The notes below the pieces were generated by a model. The model saw nothing but the letters and a program-made list of their open reading frames with translations. It made no database searches and was not told the origin of the DNA. Both the position numbers and the translations under genes were made by a program. A stretch of DNA of 64,000 nt from the NCBI GenBank assembly GCA_036338695.1, contig JAYZBQ010000058.1, forward strand, positions 17,109 to 81,108. The letters run 5' to 3'. This stretch comes from Myxococcota bacterium. Lineage in GTDB: Bacteria > Myxococcota > UBA4151. Below, piece after piece: positions 55,814 through 64,000 of the stretch (the first letter of the stretch is position 1; each line of letters opens with the position of its first letter).

Positions 55814-56806
55814 TTAAAGGCTATCGTCTAAGGAGCGCTCCACGTCAATGACTCCGAGCACCTCGGCTGCAGCTGCGAGGACGCGCTCCGGGCTTAAGCC
55901 CGTCAGACACGGGCGACCGCCGACGTGGCACGGTCGATCTCCTTTCTGGCTGCAAGGCTGGCAGTCTAAGCCCAGCCGTAGAACCTGAGCGCTGGGGGTA
56001 TCACCCTGCGGCGCTGCGCCGAGCCGCTGATCCGTCGGCCCGATCAAGACGCGCAGCGGCACCCCGAGCCCCTCGGCGATGTGAGCAAATCCGGTGTCGT
56101 TGCTGATCACAAGGCGCGCCCCTGCGATCAACTCGATGCAGCCGCTGAGGTCCAGATCGCCTTCAAGCTGCGCCGCGCCCCAGTCAAAGTCTTCGATCGG
56201 TAAGTCATCGCCTCGGCTGTACAGCACGGTCACACGCATCCGAGCGCTCAGGGCGCACGCAACCGCGTGAAACGAAGCGAGTGGCCAGCGCTTCTCGGGC
56301 CAGGCGGCTCCCGGCACCAAAATGACCTCGGCGTCACCCCGAGGTTCGACGTGAAGCCAGGGCTCGTCAGGCAGGCGCAAACCGCTCACGAGCTGCGCCT
56401 GTTGCTGTTGCACGCGGTAGCGCGCAGGCAGCGCGTCGGCTCGCCCCGAAACCAGGGCGCGGCGTTTTCGCCGCCTCTTCTTCAGCCGCCTCCAGGTCAG
56501 CAGCGGTGTCTGAGCGAACACCAGGCTGGTGCGAAGGCTCCGGTGCAGGTCGACGACCTCGGCTTGAAGCGAACGCAGGAACGCTGCGATGTCTCCAACG
56601 TTCTGCAGCTCCTCTCCCAGCGCAACGAACTCTACCTCACTCGCAAGCGCCGCGATGACGGCTCGATACAGAGCATGCGAGATGAACACGATGCGGCGCT
56701 CAGGCCACGCACGGCGAGCAGCGTGCGCAACGCGCAGTGCGCTGGCCACATCGCCAAGCGCTGAAAAGCGGAGCAAGGCTAGGGGAGGCAGTGCGGTTTC
56801 AGTCAT
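55814..56806 (-). CDS. Glycosyltransferase family 9 (heptosyltransferase-like)
   Basis: RFSALGDV, PGAAWPEKRWP, SNDTGFAH, CQPC...C...C. Confidence 0.9.
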   Translation of the reverse strand: MTETALPPLALLRFSALGDVASALRVAHAARRAWPERRIVFISHALYRAVIAALASEVEFVALGEELQNVGDIAAFLRSLQAEVVDLHRSLRTSLVFAQTPLLTWRRLKKRRRKRRALVSGRADALPARYRVQQQQAQLVSGLRLPDEPWLHVEPRGDAEVILVPGAAWPEKRWPLASFHAVACALSARMRVTVLYSRGDDLPIEDFDWGAAQLEGDLDLSGCIELIAGARLVISNDTGFAHIAEGLGVPLRVLIGPTDQRLGAAPQGDTPSAQVLRLGLDCQPCSQKGDRPCHVGGRPCLTGLSPERVLAAAAEVLGVIDVERSLDDSL

Positions 56807-56904
56807 TTTCCTTTGTCGAGTTCCGGCTGTTGGCGTATGCGCCGCCTGCTCAAGCGGCTCCTACGCTTGGGGACTAACCGTCAAGACTGGAAAAGGTTAA
56901 GACT

Positions 56905-57327
56905 ATGACTGTGGAACGCACGCTTAGCATCATCAAGCCCGACGCCGTCGAGCGAAACCTCATCGGCGCCATCGTCGGCCGCTTCGAACAAGAGGGTCTT
57001 CGCCCCGTCGCCATGCGGCGTTCGCTGTTGTCTCGCGCCGAAGCCGAGGGGTTCTACGCCGAACACTCCGAGCGCCCCTTCTTTGGTGAGCTCGTCGACT
57101 TCATGACCCGTAGCCCCGTCGTTTTGATGGTGCTTGAAGGCGAAGGTGCGATCGCAAAGAACCGTGAGATCATGGGCGCAACGAACCCGGCAGACGCAGC
57201 GGAAGGCACCCTTCGCAAGCTCTACGCCGAGAGCATCGGTGAGAACAGCGTACACGGTTCGGACTCGCAAGCGAGCGCCGAGCGTGAGGTCAACTGGTTC
57301 TTCAAGGGCAGCGAGGTCACTTCCTGA
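56905..57327 (+). CDS. ndk: Nucleoside-diphosphate kinase
   Basis: [29 protein letters not shown]. Confidence 0.98.
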   Translation: MTVERTLSIIKPDAVERNLIGAIVGRFEQEGLRPVAMRRSLLSRAEAEGFYAEHSERPFFGELVDFMTRSPVVLMVLEGEGAIAKNREIMGATNPADAAEGTLRKLYAESIGENSVHGSDSQASAEREVNWFFKGSEVTS

Positions 57328-57359
57328 TCGTCGCAGCCCTGACGCCGACCAACGCCGTC

Positions 57360-58745
57360 ATGCTTAGGGTTCAGCGTTTTTGGCGTGGCGCGTGCTGCGC
57401 TAGCCTGCTGGTCTCGTGCGCCACGGCGCCCCTGGCGTCACCGCCCAACGATCCGGTCGCCACGCTCGGTGACGACCTGATCGCTGCGGGCATTGAGGCA
57501 GAGCTCGACAAGGCAGCTATCAGCGCCCACCGAGGCCTCTTAAGGCGGGACTGTGACGCAGGGGAGCTCCTCGCCTGCGGCGCGCTGGTCGCTCAGTTGC
57601 CCGCAGGCTCAGAGCGTCAAGAGCGGCTCGAGTCACTGATCGAGCGCCGGGACCAAGCCGGATTTTTCGTCTGGTCGACCTTGGTCTACACGGCGCCTGA
57701 GTCGGTCCGGAGTGACCTCGTCGCTGAGGCGCACAAACGCTTCCCGCACAGCGACGCGTTCATCAGCGTCTCCAACGCCATCCCGGCGCGCGCTGAGGCG
57801 ATCGAGTCCTTCGTCAACAACCCCACGTTTATGACGCTGATGCAGCTCAGCCTGCGGCTCGCCAAAGACGATGACTGGGCGCTCCTGAGCGAGGCGATGA
57901 CGCTTGCGCTGAGCGCAGACGCCGTCGATACAGCACGCACCGCCGAGTATTGGATCCTCAGGAGCCGTGTGGCGCACCGGCTCAAGCAGCGAGAGCTCGC
58001 CTGGGCGTACAGCGCCGTCGCTGCGGTGGTGCGCCAGCGCGGGCAGAACAAGCACACGTTCATCGAAGTCCTCGCAAACCAGGCGGCGCTGAGCGCCGAC
58101 ACGCTCGACCTCCTGCCCACGTTGCTGAGCCTGCCCAGCGCGCAGCGCATCCGGGTCAGCGAGGGTGTGCTACTCGACGGCTTGAGAGCGCATCGAGCGC
58201 GCGTGCAACTCACGGCTCGGGCGCTCCTCGCGCCCAACCCATCTCGTGAGCAGGTCTTTGGTCGCGGGCTGATCGCAGCTTTGGTCGGCACGCGCTTTGA
58301 GACCGATATGAGGCGCCGGCGGCGACTGCTTGCAGAAGCCGTACTCCAAGCCCCCGATAACCTGCAGGCTTGGGTCCGCCTCGCCGCGATCGAGGATGAG
58401 CTCAAAAACATCCCCGAGGCGATCGGCGCGCTGCGCAACGCCCTGCGGGTCGACAGCGACAACCCGGAGAGCCTGAACAACCTAGCCTACATGCTGGCGC
58501 TGCACCGACCGGAAGACCTGGCTGAAGCCGAGCGCTTGGCGCGCCGCTCGCTCGTGATCCGCCCAAGCCCGAAAACTCTCGATACGCTCGCTGAGATCTG
58601 CTTCCGGCGAAATCGTCAAGCCGCAGCGCTGCGTTTTATTCGGCTCGCAAAACGGCTCGAGCCGAGCGACAGCTTCTATGCTAGGCAAGAGGCGCGTATG
58701 CAGGCCGGTGATCCGAGCGCGCCGGTTCCCGCGGAGAACGAATGA
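57360..58745 (+). CDS. TPR-containing lipoprotein
   Basis: Lipobox LVSC; C-terminal TPRs (SLNNLAY, LDTLAE). Confidence 0.8.
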   Translation: MLRVQRFWRGACCASLLVSCATAPLASPPNDPVATLGDDLIAAGIEAELDKAAISAHRGLLRRDCDAGELLACGALVAQLPAGSERQERLESLIERRDQAGFFVWSTLVYTAPESVRSDLVAEAHKRFPHSDAFISVSNAIPARAEAIESFVNNPTFMTLMQLSLRLAKDDDWALLSEAMTLALSADAVDTARTAEYWILRSRVAHRLKQRELAWAYSAVAAVVRQRGQNKHTFIEVLANQAALSADTLDLLPTLLSLPSAQRIRVSEGVLLDGLRAHRARVQLTARALLAPNPSREQVFGRGLIAALVGTRFETDMRRRRRLLAEAVLQAPDNLQAWVRLAAIEDELKNIPEAIGALRNALRVDSDNPESLNNLAYMLALHRPEDLAEAERLARRSLVIRPSPKTLDTLAEICFRRNRQAAALRFIRLAKRLEPSDSFYARQEARMQAGDPSAPVPAENE

Positions 58746-59875
58746 GCACAGCGCAGCGGCAGGAACTTCGCGGGCTCGCGTACGCCGAGCTTGAGCGGTG
58801 GGTGACCGAAGAGCTCGGCGAGAAGCGATTTCGCGCACACCAGATCGCTGCGTGGCTGCATCGGCGCAGCGCCCGCAGTTTTGACGAGATGACCGACCTG
58901 TCCAAGAAGCTGCGAGCCAAGCTTGAGCGGGTCGCTCGGATTGACAACGTCGAGTTGGACCAGCGGCATGTGGCCTCGGACGGCACGCGGAAATACCGCT
59001 TCAAGGGGCTCGAGGGCGAGATGATCGAGTCGGTCTTCATCCCGGCGGCGAGCTCGGAGAAGCGCAACGCGCTGTGTATCTCCAGCCAGGTTGGCTGCGC
59101 CATGGGATGCGCCTTCTGCCTAACGGGGCGCTCGGGGCTGATCCGTAACCTGACCGCCGCAGAGATCCTGAGCCAGGTCACCGAGGTCGCGCGCGACGTC
59201 GCCGAGGATGAGCTCAAGATCACCAACATCGTGTTCATGGGGATGGGGGAGCCGCTCCACAACCTCAAGGGCGTGCTCCCAGCGATCAATATGCTCTGTC
59301 ACGACAGCGGCTTCGGTCTCTCGACGCGCCGGGTCACGGTCTCGACCAGCGGTCTCCTGCCCGGCCTGAAGAAGCTGGCGGAGCAGGGAGATCCTATCCA
59401 GATCGCTGTCAGCCTCAACGCCAGCAACGACAAGGTGCGGACCGAGATCATGCCGGTGAACAAGCGCTGGAACATCGCCAAGTTGATCGAGGCTTGCCAG
59501 GCGTTTCCGCTGGCGGCGCGGCGGCGCATCACCTTCGAGTATGTCCTGATGAAAGGGCTCAACGACTCGCTCGAAGATGCGCAAAAGCTGGCGAAGCTGG
59601 TGGCGCCTGTTCGCTGCATGGTCAACCTGATCCCCTTCAACCCGCACCCTGGCTCCCGGTTCGTACGTGGCACGCGCGAGGAGGCGATCGCCTTCCAAAA
59701 TGTCCTGCGCGCCAAGGGGATCCAGTGCTACATCCGGCACACGCGAGGGGACGAAGTGCTCGCCGCCTGTGGGACCCTCTCGGACGTCAACTATGTTGCG
59801 CCAGAGACCGATGAGGACCGACGAATTCGTGACGCCGCGCTCGACGCCATTGACGCCATCCAAGATTCTGCCTAG
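58742..59875 (+). CDS. rlmN: 23S rRNA (adenine(2503)-C2)-methyltransferase
   Basis: CISSQVGCAMGCAFC, MGMGEP, TFEYV, NLIPFN, AACG. Confidence 0.97.
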   Translation: MSTAQRQELRGLAYAELERWVTEELGEKRFRAHQIAAWLHRRSARSFDEMTDLSKKLRAKLERVARIDNVELDQRHVASDGTRKYRFKGLEGEMIESVFIPAASSEKRNALCISSQVGCAMGCAFCLTGRSGLIRNLTAAEILSQVTEVARDVAEDELKITNIVFMGMGEPLHNLKGVLPAINMLCHDSGFGLSTRRVTVSTSGLLPGLKKLAEQGDPIQIAVSLNASNDKVRTEIMPVNKRWNIAKLIEACQAFPLAARRRITFEYVLMKGLNDSLEDAQKLAKLVAPVRCMVNLIPFNPHPGSRFVRGTREEAIAFQNVLRAKGIQCYIRHTRGDEVLAACGTLSDVNYVAPETDEDRRIRDAALDAIDAIQDSA

Positions 59876-59926
59876 CCGGCATACAACGCCGAGCCCTGAT
59901 CCGGCCGGCTCGCAAGGAGAAGAGCC

Positions 59927-60418
59927 ATGAGTCATCCGAACCTGTACGGGATCCAATCCGTTCGCTTGTTCGCTGATTTGACTGACGACGACCGCAAAGA
60001 GCTTGCGCTCATCGCTGAGAAACAGACCTTCAACGCCGGCTCGGCGGTGATGCGAGAGGGCGACCAAGGCAGCGCCATGTTCATCATCGTCTCGGGCACC
60101 GTCCGCGTCCTGAAGCGCTCACCGCACAGCCATGAAGAAGAAGAGATCGCCGAGCTCGGCAACGGCACCTACGTCGGACTCAACGCCTTGATCGAGCGCT
60201 CGACCCGGAGCGCCACCGTGGAAGCGGTTGAGCCGGTCTCCGTGCTGCGGATCGAGTTCGATGACCTCAACGATCTGCTCGAAGACGACCACGGCTTTGC
60301 GCTGCGCTTCTGGCGCTGCGCTGCGGTCGGCTTGTCGCGCCAGCTCCGCAGCGCCAACCGCTCGAACAGCCTGCTGCGCGAGATGATGCACCACCGCAAC
60401 GCCGAGGCGCACGACTAA
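59927..60418 (+). CDS. Stand-alone cyclic-nucleotide-binding domain protein
   Basis: REGDQGSAMFIIVSGTV, RSATVEA. Confidence 0.9.
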   Translation: MSHPNLYGIQSVRLFADLTDDDRKELALIAEKQTFNAGSAVMREGDQGSAMFIIVSGTVRVLKRSPHSHEEEEIAELGNGTYVGLNALIERSTRSATVEAVEPVSVLRIEFDDLNDLLEDDHGFALRFWRCAAVGLSRQLRSANRSNSLLREMMHHRNAEAHD

Positions 60419-60419
60419 G

Positions 60420-61244
60420 CTAGATCGGTCCGTCGGTCCGCCACGCTGCGCCTGCGGTTCGCAGCTCCACGCGCAGACCGTTCACGAGATTAGCGAGCGC
60501 CTTGTTCGCGAGCACCTGCGGCGAGTCAAGCTCCGGGTCGAGCGCGTCGAACAAGAAGGCGAGGGGACGCCGCACCGTGACCTCGACCAGGTCGTCGCGT
60601 GCTGCGAGATCCGGCTGATCAAAGCGCAGCGTGTAGAACGCGCCGCGCGGCAGCGGCGTCGACCAATCAAAAACCTGCCACGCGGCCTGAGAGCCTGCGC
60701 GCCAGCGCCCGAGCATCCGCAACGACTGACCGGAAATCGAGGGTTCTTCTGGCTTATCGACTGTCGCCACATCGGCGCGTGCGCTCGCGAAGCTGAACTG
60801 ACAGTAGGCGACGGGCTCGGTCTCATGCGTGCTGTAAGCGAGCACTCTGGCTGCGTGCAGCGGCTCGGCGAAGTTGAGCACCCGAGTGGGGTTTGGCGCA
60901 TCTTCGCCGTGTCCCGCTAGGGCTCGCTTACCCGTTAGCCAACCCAGCGCCTCGCTGACGACATCGAGGACCCCGCCGTCACGATCCTCACCCCAATCGC
61001 ATGGCAGCAGCTCCATCCTGTTGGTGGTGAGGTAGCCTTGAGACAGCTCGAACTCAAAGCCGAGCGCGTTGACCGCACGCCAGCCACCACCGGGTGCAAG
61101 CTCGATGCCTGCGCGATCCCAGTCCAGCGTATACACCAAACGCTCACCGAGAATGAGCCGATCAGGGCTCGCGGGCGCAGCGTCAAGGCAGGCTGATCCC
61201 GCGCAGATAAGAAAGGTGCTTATCAGCCGCGTTGCGGCCGGCAC
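60420..61244 (-). CDS. Hypothetical lipoprotein
   Basis: Lipobox-like GSAC; internal AGHG motif; overlaps the stop of the YHYH-like gene. Confidence 0.65.
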   Translation of the reverse strand: MPAATRLISTFLICAGSACLDAAPASPDRLILGERLVYTLDWDRAGIELAPGGGWRAVNALGFEFELSQGYLTTNRMELLPCDWGEDRDGGVLDVVSEALGWLTGKRALAGHGEDAPNPTRVLNFAEPLHAARVLAYSTHETEPVAYCQFSFASARADVATVDKPEEPSISGQSLRMLGRWRAGSQAAWQVFDWSTPLPRGAFYTLRFDQPDLAARDDLVEVTVRRPLAFLFDALDPELDSPQVLANKALANLVNGLRVELRTAGAAWRTDGPI

Positions 61245-62560
61245 GCGAGCCCTCCAGCTGTCTCACCGCAGACACCCGTGACGCGCTCGCCGCCGCGCCC
61301 TTCAAAGCTGCAGGCGTCACCCGCGCTTAGCCCATCGCAGGCATCCACCGCCGCCTGGGGCGGCTGACCGCCGCCGCCACCGGGATTACCGCCGCCGCCG
61401 TTGCCGCCACCGTTGCTGCCGCCCACCGGCGTCCCCCGATAGCAGCCAGCCCAGTAGGGGAAGGTGTCCGTGATGTGGTAACCGTAGCTGCCATCCGGCT
61501 GCACACGGCCGTTGCATTCGTCTAAGTATTGCTCACCGTCCTTGGCGACATAGGCGTTGGTGTCCCAGGCATAATCTTTGGGGATGCAGGCGCGCACCTC
61601 GGCGCCGTCGACGACCGTCAGGGCGCAGACGTGGCAGTTGTTGCCAGCGTTGTTGCGCGGGTCGTTGTCGTCACAAGCCGCGACGTTGTTGCACGCAGCG
61701 CTGTCCACACAGCCGATCGTACCATCCATGGGCTGCTGGTTCTCCCAGCTCGACTTGAACGACACCACGCGCGAGCACTCAGCGTCTGCGCAGCCGCGGT
61801 TCCCGTAAACCGGAAAGCCGTCCAGCGCATAGCCGAGCACAGGCGACGGCTGGCTCGGGTCTGGGTCGGCGTTGTTCCACGGCTCAGCCACCAAGCCACT
61901 CGCCGTGAAGCACTTCTCCATCATCGTGTGGTTGTGGTAGTCTTGGCCGGTGTGCCCGCCACAGGGATCCAAAATACCGGCAGCGATCGGGTCACCGTAA
62001 GGGTCGGGCGTAGGCCCCTCCGATGCGGCATTGAGCGAGAGGCCTGTGTTCGTCACGCCGGCGCTGCCGAGCTGCGGGAAGCCCTCATTGATCCGCGTCG
62101 GAGACTCAGCGACCTCTGGATAGCGAGGAAACACGTGCGTGACCCGGTTTTCGACCAGCGCGTTCGGCGTCAGCGCCAGAAAGGTGTAGTGCGGGATGTC
62201 GTTGGTCGTCACGCGGATCTCGGTGTCCGTGCACTCCACGCTCAGCTCGGGCATCAAGCCGTTCTCGTCCGGTCCGGGCGCTGATGCGACATCGAGGAAG
62301 TGGTCCGCTTGAGGGCAGTCCGACGGGACGTCACCACAGGCGCACGCGCCATAACCGGAGCCATCATCTAAGCAGACCCTCTGCGCCGAAGCACCATCTG
62401 GGCAAGCCGCTGAGTCGCAGGTCGAAACCTCTCCGGGCGTGCAGACGGTCTGAGCCGACCCCGCATCCGCAGACGGTTCGGGCTCATCGATCGGCTCAGA
62501 GGGGCAACCGGCAAGCAGCGCGAGCGAGCAGACAAGCGAGGAACGGGCGCGGTGGATCAT
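61223..62560 (-). CDS. YHYH-family lipoprotein
   Basis: LDPCGGH...YHNH, LGYALDGFPVYG, LDECNG...YGYHITDTFPY; Cys-rich termini. Confidence 0.82.
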   Translation of the reverse strand: MIHRARSSLVCSLALLAGCPSEPIDEPEPSADAGSAQTVCTPGEVSTCDSAACPDGASAQRVCLDDGSGYGACACGDVPSDCPQADHFLDVASAPGPDENGLMPELSVECTDTEIRVTTNDIPHYTFLALTPNALVENRVTHVFPRYPEVAESPTRINEGFPQLGSAGVTNTGLSLNAASEGPTPDPYGDPIAAGILDPCGGHTGQDYHNHTMMEKCFTASGLVAEPWNNADPDPSQPSPVLGYALDGFPVYGNRGCADAECSRVVSFKSSWENQQPMDGTIGCVDSAACNNVAACDDNDPRNNAGNNCHVCALTVVDGAEVRACIPKDYAWDTNAYVAKDGEQYLDECNGRVQPDGSYGYHITDTFPYWAGCYRGTPVGGSNGGGNGGGGNPGGGGGQPPQAAVDACDGLSAGDACSFEGRGGERVTGVCGETAGGLACRPQRG

Positions 62561-62722
62561 GTCAGGGTCTCCTTGTGATGGATCTCATGACGGGCCCTGC
62601 GAATCAGCGTCAAGCGTCACGAGCAAATTGAGACGCCGATGGAGGCCGTCGATCAACCAGCCTGGCAACGATGAGCAGTGGACACGGGCGAAAGGGGTGC
62701 CCCTCTTACTTTCGGGCTTTGT

Positions 62723-62750
62723 GCGCCCGATAAGTAATATTATGTAAAGT
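62723..62750 (+). other. dif site (XerC/XerD chromosome dimer resolution site)
   Basis: GCGCCCGATAA-GTAATA-TTATGTAAAGT has the 11-6-11 architecture with a near-consensus XerD arm (E. coli TTATGTTAAAT), in an AT-rich intergenic region. Confidence 0.85.
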
Positions 62751-62962
62751 AACAACCCACTGAATAAACTTATGAATGGGCACTTTCGACGACTTATGCG
62801 ATCCGGGTGTTCCACGGTTTCCAAGTGTCGCTCCCGAACGAGCCTTCAGATTCGCCTGTGTGGCCGTTGCGGCTCCTTATGGAGGTCACGGCTTGTGCGG
62901 GCGGCGCTTGCGGCGCTGAGCGACGCTCGCTAGAGCCACGCTGCAGCCAACGGAGATGTGCC

Positions 62963-63535
62963 ATGCTCTGCCTCGCAAGCGACACCGACCCGGCGTGGGT
63001 TCACGCAGCCCTCAAAGATCCGGCGGCGCTGCTGTCGGATCATGCACAGTGTGAGAAGAAGGCGGCGCTGAGCGCGCTGAGTCTGACGCAGGCCTTCGCC
63101 CACGACACCGAGGTGGTCACCGAGCTCGCAGCCTTCGCCCGTGAAGAGCTCGAACATTTTGAGGCTTGCTGTCAGCACCTGCTCAAGCGCGGCTGGGCGC
63201 TCGAGCGCGGCGGCAAGGACCCGTACGCAGCGCAGCTGATCAACGCCGCCGCTGCCGACGTGACCCACCATCTGGTGGACCGCTTACTGATCGCTGCGTT
63301 GATCGAGGCGCGCAGCACCGAGCGGCTTAAAATCTTGAGCGAGCACCACCCGGACGCCGAGCTCGCAGCGTTTTGTCGCGAGCTCATGGCGACCGAAGCC
63401 GGTCACTACATGTTCTTTGTGCGGCTCGCCGGGCGCGTCAGTGATCCAGAGTTTGCTAAAGTTAGACTGACCGAACTCGCTAAGCGTGAGGCTGAGATCG
63501 TCGCCGGATTACCGCACCTGCCGCGGGTTCATTAG
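62963..63535 (+). CDS. miaE: tRNA-(ms2io6A)-hydroxylase MiaE-like di-iron protein
   Basis: DHAQCEKKAA, AREELEHF, LIEARS.ER, EAGHY; ATG 62963 with SD GGAG. Confidence 0.9.
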   Translation: MLCLASDTDPAWVHAALKDPAALLSDHAQCEKKAALSALSLTQAFAHDTEVVTELAAFAREELEHFEACCQHLLKRGWALERGGKDPYAAQLINAAAADVTHHLVDRLLIAALIEARSTERLKILSEHHPDAELAAFCRELMATEAGHYMFFVRLAGRVSDPEFAKVRLTELAKREAEIVAGLPHLPRVH

Positions 63536-63558
63536 CCAGCTTAGGTCAGAGAAATCTG

Positions 63559-63999
63559 CTAATTGCCATCACCACCAAATGAGACGACCGCGCCTATCTC
63601 GGCAGTAGCTTGCCCTGTGTTGTTTCGACCAAGTTGACCGCGGTCGTTTTCACCCCAGCAGCGAACAGCTCGGTCACCCGTTATCGCACAGCTATGCCCT
63701 CTTCCCGCAGCTGCTCTTCCCGCCACAGCGACACCCTCGACCTGCCTAGGAGACGAGACCGTGCTGTACCACTGATGCCCGCATTGTTTGGTTGCATTCG
63801 AGCCAAAACAATAAAGCGCATCATTGATAGCAACAAGCGTGTGCTCGCTCCCTACGGCTAAGACCTCAGCCACTCCCCTGACGCCGAATTCGACTTTAGT
63901 GGGCTGATCGGAGCTGCCGTTGTCGGTCTCGTAACCAAGTTGTTCCTCGTCGTCACTTCCCCAACAGTGCACACCCACCTGACCAAACCAACCTCGCCC
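63559..63999 (-). CDS. RCC1-repeat protein, C-terminal part (gene starts beyond the window)
   Basis: CWGSDDEEQLG, VGSEHT, CFGSN..QCG, AGRGHSCA, CWGENDRGQLG; frame open to the window end. Confidence 0.85.
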   Translation of the reverse strand, partial: GRGWFGQVGVHCWGSDDEEQLGYETDNGSSDQPTKVEFGVRGVAEVLAVGSEHTLVAINDALYCFGSNATKQCGHQWYSTVSSPRQVEGVAVAGRAAAGRGHSCAITGDRAVRCWGENDRGQLGRNNTGQATAEIGAVVSFGGDGN

Positions 64000-64000
64000 C

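Noticed and set aside
62561..62962. tRNA, riboswitch or integrated element in the large intergenic region around dif
   Set aside because: No cloverleaf, recognisable riboswitch core, att duplication or integrase was seen; a small ncRNA cannot be excluded without an Infernal search.
1..64000. Transposases, prophage, rRNA/tRNA genes, known anti-phage systems
   Set aside because: No supporting motifs were recognised in the ORFs or intergenic sequence.

Overview
GC-rich (roughly 65% by eye), gene-dense bacterial chromosomal segment, most likely Myxococcota or a related deltaproteobacterium (myxobacterial Cys-rich repeats, a MYXO-CTERM-type tail, many Cys-rich lipoproteins, a Ser/Thr kinase-ATPase). 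It carries housekeeping genes (nth, pntAB, maeB, metG, ndk, rlmN, miaE, degQ-type protease, exbB-exbD-tonB), a complete oleABCD olefin cluster and a probable chromosomal dif site at 62723-62750, so the window probably lies at the replication terminus. The most striking feature is missing from the ORF track. A 28-codon, apparently leaderless ORF (6436-6522, MMSLNVITTDVSGNGTCCCCCCCTSTPW) has seven consecutive Cys codons, six of them TGT. It sits right behind a sigma70-like promoter and is followed by mutually exclusive RNA hairpins that can occlude the ribosome-binding site of an uncharacterised ATP-grasp ligase. This looks like a cysteine-sensing attenuator in a lineage where I know of none. 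Other oddities are a Bacillus Tgl-type transglutaminase downstream of oleD, a selenoprotein-P-like Cys protein fused to a Kazal domain, a coral skeletal-matrix-like fibrinogen-domain protein, an iota-type carbonic anhydrase and a sterol-desaturase gene pair. No rRNA, tRNA, CRISPR or transposase was seen. All family assignments come from motifs recognised by eye, not database searches.
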